A DNA stretch of 64,000 bases from an uncultured Acetobacteraceae bacterium (GTDB lineage: Bacteria > Pseudomonadota > Alphaproteobacteria > Acetobacterales > Acetobacteraceae). The notes under the pieces were generated by a model. It was not told where the DNA came from. It saw only the letters and a program-made list of their open reading frames with translations, and made no database searches. This document shows positions 1-8,747 of the stretch, piece after piece. The stretch covers positions 27,488-91,487 of the forward strand of contig CAXTJP010000001.1 in assembly GCA_964244615.1 (NCBI GenBank). Direction: 5' to 3'. The translations under genes and the position numbers were made by a program. Positions within the stretch are counted from its first letter, which is position 1; each line of letters starts with the position of its first letter.

Positions 1-362
1 ACCAGGGTCCCATCCGGCAGTTCCAGGAGCGGCGCCTCGGGAAAGCTGCCGCGGCGATCCTTGGTGCCTTGCAACAGCAGCAGATGGGCATGCGCGCCGC
101 CATCGTCGGGCGGTGCCAGCTCGTAGAGTGCGCCCTGCCGCGCCCGCCCGCCCTGCCGCGTGGTGCCGGCCAGGGCGCCCTGGCTGGTGACCAGGGGAGC
201 CGAACGCGGGCTGGCGCCACGCTCGCCATCGAAGGAGAAGATCGTGGCGAGCGGGTTCGCCTGGGCACGTGCAGCCAGAAGGATCTGTGCGCACAGCCAA
301 AGGTAGGGTCCGGCGCGGAGGCCAAACGATCCAGTCCTGGTGGAACGGCTACGTGAGAGCAT
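1..362 (-). CDS. Secreted tandem beta-repeat protein (GloVer-type repeat-like), 5' part only; runs off the left edge
   Basis: My translation from ATG at 362 (overlaps the upstream acyltransferase end by 14 nt): MLSRSRSTRTGSFGLRAGPYLWLCAQILLAARAQA-NPLATIFSFDGERGASPRSAPLVTSQGALAGTTRQGG...GALYELAPP...GSFPEAPLLELPDGTL. Signal-peptide-like N-terminus followed by a repeat unit of the F.G..GA.P...L....G.L.GTT..GG....G.LYEL type. Not in the ORF track because it has no stop in the window. Confidence 0.6.
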   Translation of the reverse strand, partial: MLSRSRSTRTGSFGLRAGPYLWLCAQILLAARAQANPLATIFSFDGERGASPRSAPLVTSQGALAGTTRQGGRARQGALYELAPPDDGGAHAHLLLLQGTKDRRGSFPEAPLLELPDGTL

Positions 363-1488
363 CGGCGCTGTTTCGCACGACGGGCGGCTCGACTGCGAGA
401 GATTTGCGCAACGAACGCAACAGTCGTTGGCATCGCCTGTCGAACAGTTGGTCGAACGCCACGCCGGCCGACACCGCCAGCAGGGCGATAACAAGGCAAG
501 TCTCGTCATTGCGGGGCAATACTCCCTGGTGGCTTATCAGAACAGTCAGCAGGTTTATCGCAGAGAAATGAACAAGGTAGATCGCGTAGGACGAGCGACC
601 GAGTCGCAGCAACAGGGTCGGCGCGCCAAGCCTGTCGCTGCTTTCCAGGAGCGCGCAGCCGGTCACGATCAACCATGCACCGCCGCCATAGACAGCGACG
701 CCCGACAGCGACTGCCCGCCCATCGTGGCAAACGCTTGCGTCAGAAAGGCGGTACCGAACAGCGCCGCGCCGGCCGACAGCCCGATGAGTGGTAGCGCCT
801 CGGCTTGCAGCAGCCGTGGCGGTCCGCCAGCCCGAATGTGCCGGACGAGCATTGCGCCCAGCATACCGAAGCCGAACTCGCAGCAGAGTGGATTGAAGCA
901 GATGCGTGCCCAGGGTTGGTCGAACTGTATGCCGCCGAGCGCCATGATCACGATCGTGACCTGCCAGAGGACCAGGCCCGCCATCCACCGGCGATCCAGG
1001 ATCAGCAAGCCGAAGACGGTGTAGAAAAACACCTCGAACTTGAGTGTCCATGTCACGTTGACGAGCGGCTCGGCTGCTTGCGGCAGCAGCAGGAAGCTGG
1101 CGGCGATGCTCCACGGCGTCGACTTGCCGGACGACTCCACGCCGGGGAAGTGGTAGCCTGTCTTGTAGACCGCCAGCGCCAGTAACGTCATGACAAAGAC
1201 AGCGGGGTATAAGCGCGCAGCGCGTGCCATCGCGTAGGATGTCAGGTGCCCGGGCTGTCCCCAGTCGGCGACGTGAGCGTAGGTGATGACGAAGCCGCTC
1301 AGCACGAAGAACAAGTCCACGCCACGATACCCCACGGCGAAAGTCCCGCCGAACACTTCGATGCCGAAGCGCTTGCCGCAGATGGATTGCGTGTGGAACA
1401 AGACGACGAGAAGTGCAGCAACAGCCCGCAGGGCATCGAGAGATCGGAAATGACCGCGGTCCGCCGGCAGCCGAGGCCGGTCAGACAT
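349..1488 (-). CDS. Acyltransferase family 3 (OafA-like) membrane O-acyltransferase
   Basis: Motifs SLDALRAVAALLVVLFH, GVDLFFVLSGFVI, RAARLYP, WTLKFEVFFY and GRSSYAIYLVH; multiple hydrophobic helices. Confidence 0.9.
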   Translation of the reverse strand: MSDRPRLPADRGHFRSLDALRAVAALLVVLFHTQSICGKRFGIEVFGGTFAVGYRGVDLFFVLSGFVITYAHVADWGQPGHLTSYAMARAARLYPAVFVMTLLALAVYKTGYHFPGVESSGKSTPWSIAASFLLLPQAAEPLVNVTWTLKFEVFFYTVFGLLILDRRWMAGLVLWQVTIVIMALGGIQFDQPWARICFNPLCCEFGFGMLGAMLVRHIRAGGPPRLLQAEALPLIGLSAGAALFGTAFLTQAFATMGGQSLSGVAVYGGGAWLIVTGCALLESSDRLGAPTLLLRLGRSSYAIYLVHFSAINLLTVLISHQGVLPRNDETCLVIALLAVSAGVAFDQLFDRRCQRLLRSLRKSLAVEPPVVRNSADALT

Positions 1489-2362
1489 ATCGGCTGCGAT
1501 TGCCGGAACAGGCGGCTATGTAGGAGAGCGACAGGAAAACCGTTCTGCTGAACGCCCGCAAACCCGACAGACGACGCGTCTTCAGGTAGTGGAGCAACAT
1601 ATGCGCATAGGCTAACAGCAGAAACAGCGCGGCTTTCGCCGGCTTGCGTTCGACCCAGTAGAACCGCTTGAATTGCACGTAGATCCGAGAGGCTTCCATG
1701 AACGGCGCGTAATAGTCTCGGTTCACCTCGGACGGGAAATGCAGGTTCGCCAAGTCGGGCAGGAAACGTACCCGGAAGCCGTGCAGCAGGATCGCACGTG
1801 CGGTCAGGTCCATCTCGTCGCAGCCATAGACGAGGCTCGGATCGAATTTCACATGGCCGAACAGGCCGATCGGAAAGACCGCCGAATTGATCACGATCGT
1901 TTCGTAGGCGTCCTGCGCTCGGTAGCCAACGGCCTGGTAGCCGAAAAAGCTCGGCCGGTGGGCTACGACGCGCCGTCCATGGTTTATTTCCGCGCCGGTC
2001 AGGATGGTGGCGTCAGCCGCCGTCCCCAGCCTGGCCACCTCGGCGGCGATGCCTTCGAGAAAGTGCTCCGACAGCATGACGTCGTCGTCGATGAACAGGA
2101 CGTGGCTGCCCGTCGCGTGGGCCAGGGCGTTGTTTCGATTGGCGCCCAGACCGAGGCGCGGTCCCTCTACGAAGATGATCTGAGGATAATCGCCCGTTAT
2201 CATCGCACGGGTGCGCCCATCGGTACTGTCGTCGGACACGACGACGCAGGACGCAGCAACCGTGGAAGCGGCGATCGACACCAGCGCCCGATGCAGGTCC
2301 TCCGGACGATTGCGCGTGCAGATGCAGATCGCGAAACGACACGTCTCCTCGGTCGGCGTCAT
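1481..2362 (-). CDS. Glycosyltransferase family 2
   Basis: C-terminal part of ORF 1481..3637, starting at ATG 2362 (ATGA overlap with the upstream gene). Motifs ICICTRNRPEDL, VVVSDDS, GLGANRN and LFIDDD. Confidence 0.9.
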   Translation of the reverse strand: MTPTEETCRFAICICTRNRPEDLHRALVSIAASTVAASCVVVSDDSTDGRTRAMITGDYPQIIFVEGPRLGLGANRNNALAHATGSHVLFIDDDVMLSEHFLEGIAAEVARLGTAADATILTGAEINHGRRVVAHRPSFFGYQAVGYRAQDAYETIVINSAVFPIGLFGHVKFDPSLVYGCDEMDLTARAILLHGFRVRFLPDLANLHFPSEVNRDYYAPFMEASRIYVQFKRFYWVERKPAKAALFLLLAYAHMLLHYLKTRRLSGLRAFSRTVFLSLSYIAACSGNRSRYV

Positions 2363-3840
2363 CCGGGGGCACCCAACGCACCGGCTGGCGCGCGTGTCCA
2401 AGACACCGGCCCTGGTCGCGCCAAGGCCGTGTTGCGGATGTCGATGGCCAAGACGTAGCCGAAGCATATCCACATCACGACGGCCGGGAACTGCAGCACG
2501 TTGATGGACGGAAATGTCGCCAGGGGACACAGGGCAGCAGCAGCCATCATGCAGCCGATCGGAGACTGCCACCGCTTGGCCAGTTGAAGCACCCGCATCT
2601 GCAGCAGCAACAAACCGACGATGTAGACGGTGCCGACGAGCCAGCCCAGTGCGATGTAGACGGAGAGAGGGCCGAAATCGATATTGATGTTGTATGAACT
2701 GGTTGACTCGGCCGCCAACCCGCGGCCCTGGCCGCCTATGCCCATGCCGAACGGATGCTGGTCCATGATGATGGGCGTCTGACCTATGATCTCCGCGCGC
2801 ACCTGCGCGCTGCCGTCGTTGGACAAGTGGCCGAACGATGAGAAACGCGTGCCAAGTTGGTCGAGGACGTTCGAGTCGAGCACGACTAGTCCGACGAGGA
2901 TCGCCACGACGGCGAAACCCGCCATTGTGGCCAGGCGCCCGACGCCGCCGCGGCCCAGCAACGCCCCGACCAGAAGTGCCAGCACCGTCGAACCGTAGAC
3001 GGAGCGCACCTGTGCGATGGCCAGAGCGGTCAGCAGCACCGGCGCCAGCAGCAACAGCAGCGTATTGCGAAAGTAGGACAGGAAGACCAGGCAGGTGCCC
3101 AGCCACACCGCCAGGAATTGCGGGCTGTTGGTCGGGCCGAACACGCGCGAGCCTTCCGGCAGCGGGTTTCCGACCGCGCCCATGCCGGACCCGACCATCC
3201 AGTCCGCATCCCAGCTGGGCATGACGAAAAACTGATAGAGCGTGTAAGGCACGATGACGAGCAGGCTCAAGGTGAGGAAGACGCGCACATGCGGCTCGGC
3301 TTCCTCGATGCGGTCCGCATGGCCGATGAAGTAGAACAGGTAGAATATCGGCCCGATCCAGTCGGCCGCGGCGAACAGGCCTCCAAGTACCTGGCCGTGC
3401 AGGAAGCTGACCGTCAGCCCGTAGAACGCGCAGCCCAGCAGCAGCAGCCCGTAGCCGCTGCCGCGTCGGGTGAACAGCCCACGCAGGGAGGCGACGTCGA
3501 GCGCGATGAACGCCGTCATGATGTTCGGCGTGCCCAGCACCAGGTCGGACGCGACAAACGGCGTGTGCCACTCCAGCAGACGCCGCACGAAGGCCGTGCC
3601 CAGCCAGAACCACAGGGTGGCGCTGAGCAGCAGCCATGGCGAGCGCCGGCGCGTGACGACGCAGAACGCAACGGCGCCGCCCATGTAGAGGATGCGGCCG
3701 ACGGCGCTGGCCCCTACCAGAGACAGGCCGACCACCAGGGCGACGAGACCGAGATAGGCCAGTGCCAGACGGATTTCGTCACGGATCGCATGGCCGTCCG
3801 GCGCGACCCGTGCGCCGAGGCGCGCGCGCGCGGCGATCAC
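2359..3840 (-). CDS. Multi-pass membrane protein, O-antigen polymerase/ligase (Wzy-like)
   Basis: About 10-12 hydrophobic segments with a large periplasmic loop (..SAQVRAEII...HPFGMGIGG..); located inside the EPS operon; GTG start overlaps the GT4 stop (GTGA). Confidence 0.75.
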   Translation of the reverse strand: MIAARARLGARVAPDGHAIRDEIRLALAYLGLVALVVGLSLVGASAVGRILYMGGAVAFCVVTRRRSPWLLLSATLWFWLGTAFVRRLLEWHTPFVASDLVLGTPNIMTAFIALDVASLRGLFTRRGSGYGLLLLGCAFYGLTVSFLHGQVLGGLFAAADWIGPIFYLFYFIGHADRIEEAEPHVRVFLTLSLLVIVPYTLYQFFVMPSWDADWMVGSGMGAVGNPLPEGSRVFGPTNSPQFLAVWLGTCLVFLSYFRNTLLLLLAPVLLTALAIAQVRSVYGSTVLALLVGALLGRGGVGRLATMAGFAVVAILVGLVVLDSNVLDQLGTRFSSFGHLSNDGSAQVRAEIIGQTPIIMDQHPFGMGIGGQGRGLAAESTSSYNINIDFGPLSVYIALGWLVGTVYIVGLLLLQMRVLQLAKRWQSPIGCMMAAAALCPLATFPSINVLQFPAVVMWICFGYVLAIDIRNTALARPGPVSWTRAPAGALGAPG

Positions 3841-5036
3841 GCCGGCAATCCCACTTCGCGCACGATGCCCTGCAGCATCTGGGGCAGGGTGAACAGCCGC
3901 ATGGCGCGCACGCGCGCCAGCGCTGTGCACCGGGCCAGCTCGCCGGCCGGCAGTGCCAGCACGTCATCGATGGCCCGTAGCAGCGCGCCCGCATCGTCGG
4001 CCGGCACCAGCCAGCGATAATCCGTGCCGAGCAGCTCGACGCTGGCGCCGTGGTTGCTGGCCACGACCGGACGGCCGGCCATGACACCTTCCACGATCAC
4101 CCGGCCGAACGGCTCGGGCGCGACCGAGGTGTGTACCACCACGTCGACGATCTGCATCAGTTGCGGCGTGTCGTGGCGGAAGCCGAGCCAGTGCAGCCGG
4201 TCGGCCACGCCAAGCTGCCTGGCCTGCTCGATCAGCCCTGCCTTGTAGGCCTGCTCGCCGAACAGGGCGTCGCCGACGATGATGGCGTGAACGCCGGGCA
4301 GACCCGCCAGGGCGCGGATCAGCACGTGCTGGCCTTTCCAGGGCGTGATGCGGCCGAACAGGCCCACGAGCGTCACGCCCGACAGGCCGAGCTTGTTCCG
4401 CAATGCCAGCGCGGCCTCTGCGTCCAGAGGCTCGAAGCGCGACGTATCGATGCCGTTTGGAACGACCGCGATCCGTCTCGGGTCGGCGCCGCAGGCGATC
4501 AGGCTGTCGCGGCTCACCCCGGAAATCGCGATGGTCTTGGTGGCGAACCGATTGGCCAACGTCACCACGCACCGGCGCTGCGCCCAGGCGAAATGTTCGG
4601 CCGACAGGATGTCGTGCAAGTGCCAGACGGCGCGACGGCGCGCGAGCGGCGCGGCCAGCAGCCCGACGATGGCAGCCTTTTGCGAGTTGAGGTAGAGCAC
4701 GTCGTAGTCCCGGCTGATCCTGGCCAGCCGAAGCACCATGCCGACCAGCGCCGGCACGGCGCGCAGCGCGCGCAGGCGGCCTGCCTCGCGCCGCATCCCC
4801 ATCACCCCCGTTCCACCCTCCATGACGGTCACGCCGATGCCGCTGGCCTCCAGTCGGTGCCGGACGGGACCATCGGCAAACAGGACGACGTGGCAGCGTT
4901 CGGGGCCATAATGCCTGGCGATGTCGATCAGGCCGTACTCGGCGCCGCCGAACTCCGCCGCATGATTGACCAGCAGCACGCGTGAAGCCGCGCCCGTGCG
5001 CCTGGAGGGTTCGTGGAACCGGCGCAAAAACCTCAT
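3837..5036 (-). CDS. Glycosyltransferase family 4 (GT-B)
   Basis: Motifs GGAEYGL, VVPNGID, GRITPWKGQ and EPFGRVIVEG. Confidence 0.92.
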   Translation of the reverse strand: MRFLRRFHEPSRRTGAASRVLLVNHAAEFGGAEYGLIDIARHYGPERCHVVLFADGPVRHRLEASGIGVTVMEGGTGVMGMRREAGRLRALRAVPALVGMVLRLARISRDYDVLYLNSQKAAIVGLLAAPLARRRAVWHLHDILSAEHFAWAQRRCVVTLANRFATKTIAISGVSRDSLIACGADPRRIAVVPNGIDTSRFEPLDAEAALALRNKLGLSGVTLVGLFGRITPWKGQHVLIRALAGLPGVHAIIVGDALFGEQAYKAGLIEQARQLGVADRLHWLGFRHDTPQLMQIVDVVVHTSVAPEPFGRVIVEGVMAGRPVVASNHGASVELLGTDYRWLVPADDAGALLRAIDDVLALPAGELARCTALARVRAMRLFTLPQMLQGIVREVGLPA

Positions 5037-6277
5037 CGTGCTGCCTCGCGGTAGATGCCGGCGACTGCAGCCGCGGCGCCGCTCGCGCTGTAGCGTGACA
5101 GCACGTAGCGTCTGCAGGCCTGCTCGTCGGGGAGCTGAACGGTCCCGCGGGTTACGGCGATCAGCCGGTCGGCCATGTCGGCGGCGGTGGCGGCACGAAA
5201 CACGAGAGCGGGCGAGAGATCGCCGACCACTTCCGGCAGGGCGCCCACGGGCGTCACGAGCGACGGCGTGCCCGAGGCCAGCGCCTCGACCGCGGTCAGT
5301 CCGAACCCCTCCAAGGCTGCCGTCGGGATCACGTTGAGATCTGCCGCGCGATAGACGAGCGGCAGGAGCGCGTCGGCGACGAAGCCCAGGAAACGCACGT
5401 GCTCGCCCAGGGACAGCGCTTCCACACGGGCGCGCAACGCCGCCTCCATGTGGCCGCGCCCGACGATCATCAGCATGGCGTCGGGGTTGGCGCGTATGAC
5501 GGCCGGCATCGCCTCGATCAGACGGTCCAGCCCCATGCGGCGCGCGAGGCGGCGGACGCTGACCAGGATTTTGCGGTCGTTGGGCCAGCCTAGGCGCATG
5601 CGCGCTTCCACCCGGCTGGCGTCCGTGTTGAAGCGGGCGGTGTCCACGCTGCCCGGGGCGTAGCGGATGCGGTCCTCCGGCACGCCGTAGGCCTGGTGCG
5701 CCACCGCCCCGAAGGCGCGGGACAGCACCACCACGCGGTCGGCCCGGCGGTAGACGTCACGCTCCAGCTGCCGCTTGGCGGCCACGACGAATGCGTGTCC
5801 GCCCTCCTCGGCCGACTCCGCCGCCCAGGGGCCGTGGAAGTGGAAAACGAACGGTACGTCGCGCAACAATGCCAGCCCGGGGCGGACGAACAGGGCGAAA
5901 TGCGCCGCCACGAGGTCGTATTGCTGCGCCTGCAACGCCGCCCGCAAGCCTGCCCGGGCACGCCACAGCCGCTCGGGAAGGCTCGCGCCGGGGCGGCCGA
6001 ACGCGGTCACCCGGTCACCCGTGCGCAGGGCCACGTCGGCAGGTCCTTGCACCAGCCCGGCCACGGCAATGCCCGCGTCGGGCAGCGCCTGCAGCAGATC
6101 GTGGAACACCCGGTCGAGCCCGCCGGAGCCGCTCTGGAACCAGTTCACGCCGAGGGCGAGCACGCGGAGCGCGGGACCGGGGCGCGACGTGGCCGCCGCC
6201 AGGCGGGGTTTCGGCGCCGTCACGGCCGTTTCTTGCCCGCTTCCTGCCATCGAGCGAAGGTCGAGCGCAGGGTGCAT
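5033..6277 (-). CDS. Glycosyltransferase family 4 (GT-B)
   Basis: Motifs GSGGLDRV, FHFHGPWAAES, VRRLARRMGL and EGFGLTAVEALASGTP; start placed at ATG 6277, which overlaps the GT2 stop (TGATG). Confidence 0.9.
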   Translation of the reverse strand: MHPALDLRSMAGSGQETAVTAPKPRLAAATSRPGPALRVLALGVNWFQSGSGGLDRVFHDLLQALPDAGIAVAGLVQGPADVALRTGDRVTAFGRPGASLPERLWRARAGLRAALQAQQYDLVAAHFALFVRPGLALLRDVPFVFHFHGPWAAESAEEGGHAFVVAAKRQLERDVYRRADRVVVLSRAFGAVAHQAYGVPEDRIRYAPGSVDTARFNTDASRVEARMRLGWPNDRKILVSVRRLARRMGLDRLIEAMPAVIRANPDAMLMIVGRGHMEAALRARVEALSLGEHVRFLGFVADALLPLVYRAADLNVIPTAALEGFGLTAVEALASGTPSLVTPVGALPEVVGDLSPALVFRAATAADMADRLIAVTRGTVQLPDEQACRRYVLSRYSASGAAAAVAGIYREAAR

Positions 6278-7293
6278 CAGCCCGGCTCCCGCTGGCTCAG
6301 GCGCACTGGCGGGATGCGCGAACCTGGCCCGATCAGAAGCCGGCAGGCCTGCATCACCGAGCGCTGCGCGATGGCGAATTTGCGCCAGGATATGATGCCC
6401 TGGGTCGGCGTAAGCCGGACCGCCTGCAACAGGCCCGGGCAGACCCGCATGCCGACCAGCGGCAGCCAGAACAGCGACGCCAGCCGGCCGAACAACGACA
6501 GGCTGCCCCAGATCGCCAGCACGTAGTTGTAGCACGCATCGGCGTAGGCTTGCGGGTCGTCCAACCGGCGCGTGGCCACGTAGGGCCGCGGCTGATCCTG
6601 GCGATACGCGTAGTGATCGAGCGTGACCAGCGGGTCGTAGACGAGCACCCAGCCGCGACGGGCCACGGCCAACGAGAAGGCCAGGTCGTCGTGCGGCTGC
6701 GCGCCCTGCCCGCGCAACCGGTCATCGAAGCGCAACGGGCCGATCGCCTCCATCTGGAAGCTCATGTTGGCGCCTTTGAGGAAATGAACGCGGCGCGGGG
6801 CGCCGAAGCCCAGGTGATGGTTGCCGATGGCGCGCCCGAACCACTGCAGGTATCCGACCGTGACGCGTCGCCTTTGATCGAACTTGGTGCCGTCATGGCA
6901 ATGGTCGCGGCCGCCGACACCGCCCAGTGTCGGCTCGCTTGCAAAACGTTTGAGGATGCGTGCCACCCACTCCGGATGCGCGCAGGTGTCGTCGTCGCAG
7001 AACGCGACGATGTCGGATTGGCAGGCCTGCAGGCCGGCATTGCGCGCGGCCACCAGCCCGGCCCGTGGGGATGGAACGATCCGCCAGGGCAGGTTGCGGC
7101 GGGGATGGGCTTCCAGCGCGGCGTGGGTGGCCACGTCCGTCGGCCTGACAACCAGCATCACGTCGTCCGGCAGGCGGGTCTGCCGGGCCAACGCCTCCAG
7201 GCAGGGGATCAGCGCGTCCGGGCGGCGATAAGTGCAGATCAGCACGGCGATGCGCACCGGCGGCGTGCGCGGCGTCGCCGGTGCGGCGTTCAC
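6277..7293 (-). CDS. Glycosyltransferase family 2
   Basis: Motifs VLICTYRRP, ARNAGL, AFCDDD and GANMSF; GTG start at 7293 overlaps the flippase stop (GTGA). Confidence 0.9.
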   Translation of the reverse strand: MNAAPATPRTPPVRIAVLICTYRRPDALIPCLEALARQTRLPDDVMLVVRPTDVATHAALEAHPRRNLPWRIVPSPRAGLVAARNAGLQACQSDIVAFCDDDTCAHPEWVARILKRFASEPTLGGVGGRDHCHDGTKFDQRRRVTVGYLQWFGRAIGNHHLGFGAPRRVHFLKGANMSFQMEAIGPLRFDDRLRGQGAQPHDDLAFSLAVARRGWVLVYDPLVTLDHYAYRQDQPRPYVATRRLDDPQAYADACYNYVLAIWGSLSLFGRLASLFWLPLVGMRVCPGLLQAVRLTPTQGIISWRKFAIAQRSVMQACRLLIGPGSRIPPVRLSQREPG

Positions 7294-8657
7294 GTGCCGG
7301 TCTCCAGGCCGGCCACCACGGCCGGTGCGGCCGGCACGCGGTCGCCAGGACCGAAAAGGCCGGTCCACACCGAGAGCACGTCGCGGTGGTCGGGCAGCAG
7401 GCGGGGACGCTTGCGCCCGTCCAGCACCAGGTGAAGCCCGGCAGCGGCGACGCCCAGCCGGAAGCAGGACGCTCCCACCATGGCGCAGGCCGCGCCGGCC
7501 GGGCCGATCAGCGGGACCAGCAGAAGCATCAGCAGCACGGAGGTGGTCACCGCCCCGACCTCGAAGAAGGTCACGATGCCCGGCCGGCCTGCGGCAGCAT
7601 ACCACTGGTAGAGGATTCGCGCGCCGTTCTCCAGCACCATGCCGGCCAGCAGCAACCGGAACGGCAGGATGCAGTCGTGAAAACGCGGGCCGTAGGCCAG
7701 CATCAGCAGGGTGGGGCCAACCAGAGCCAGCCCGGCGGCCAGCCCGGCGTTGAGCATGGTCGCGATCCGGAACGTGCCGGCCACCGTGCCGCTGACATCG
7801 GCGGCGCTGCCGGCGGCGATGCTGGGGAACAGCACGGTGATGATGCCGGTCTGCACCACCGTCAGCACGCGTGCCGAGCTGACGGCGACCACGTAGTTGC
7901 CGACCGTGTGCGGCGACAGGAAGGCCACGATCACGGTCTGGTCCAGCGTGCCGGCGACGGTGGCCAGCAGGTCGATGCCGCAGAACCGCACGCCGAAATG
8001 CAGCAGCTTGGCCACATGCGCCCGGCTGGGCCGGAACAGCGGGCGCAGCCGCACCAGCACGATCACGAAGATGGTCGCAAAGGCGGGCACCATCGGCAGG
8101 ACATAGGCCAGCGCCGCGGTGACCGGGGTCAGCAGATGCTGCCACGCCAGCAGGCCCAGGGCCGCCAGGGTCAGCAGGCTCTGCATGTAGAGCAGGCGGT
8201 TGCCCAACCCGAACCAGCCCTGCACTTCGGCCGCTCCAGTCAGCGACCACTGCACCACGATCAGCGGCGTGACCAGCAGCAACAGCCGGCCCACCTGCAC
8301 CGTGTGGCGGCTGTAGTGCGACAGCCAGTACGGTTCGAGCACCCAGCCGGCGAGCGCCCCCAGCACACCCAGGCAGAAGGTCAGCAGGATGCCGTTGCCG
8401 AGCGAGGCTCGCGCCTCGGCCGGATGCGCCTTCAGGTTGTAGATCAGCGACGCGTGCAGGCCGAGCGAGGCGACACCGCCGAGAAACGTGGGTGCCAGCA
8501 CCAGGGCCGACAGCTCGCCGCGCCCGCTCGGGCCGAGCAGGGAGGCGGTCAGCAGGCTGGTGCCGATATTGACCGCCAGCGCCACGGCTCTCAGCCCCGC
8601 CACGTGTGCCATGGAAGCGGCCCTGCCGTGTTCTGCCAGGAACGTGGCCCGACCCAT
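7290..8657 (-). CDS. Polysaccharide flippase (Wzx / MATE-like polysaccharide biosynthesis protein)
   Basis: About 12 TM helices; N-terminal LLTASLLGPSGRGEL and VGNYVVAVSSARVL are typical of the family; EPS context. Confidence 0.85.
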   Translation of the reverse strand: MGRATFLAEHGRAASMAHVAGLRAVALAVNIGTSLLTASLLGPSGRGELSALVLAPTFLGGVASLGLHASLIYNLKAHPAEARASLGNGILLTFCLGVLGALAGWVLEPYWLSHYSRHTVQVGRLLLLVTPLIVVQWSLTGAAEVQGWFGLGNRLLYMQSLLTLAALGLLAWQHLLTPVTAALAYVLPMVPAFATIFVIVLVRLRPLFRPSRAHVAKLLHFGVRFCGIDLLATVAGTLDQTVIVAFLSPHTVGNYVVAVSSARVLTVVQTGIITVLFPSIAAGSAADVSGTVAGTFRIATMLNAGLAAGLALVGPTLLMLAYGPRFHDCILPFRLLLAGMVLENGARILYQWYAAAGRPGIVTFFEVGAVTTSVLLMLLLVPLIGPAGAACAMVGASCFRLGVAAAGLHLVLDGRKRPRLLPDHRDVLSVWTGLFGPGDRVPAAPAVVAGLETGT

Positions 8658-8747
8658 CAGGCGACGCCGAAGGACTGCCGCAGGCAGGGCGCGCGGGCCC
8701 TGCCCCGGAACGCGGCCCGGCACCCGTCGAGGACGTCTGTCATCCCG

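Noticed and set aside
1481-8250. Apparent long N-terminal extensions or fusions (1481..3637, 5033..6535, 6277..8250; likewise 18579..20786, 33088..35127, 48226..50223, 51079..52710, 59185..61488)
   Set aside because: The extensions run through neighbouring genes in another frame; internal starts give clean ATGA/GTGA/TGATG coupling and typical protein lengths
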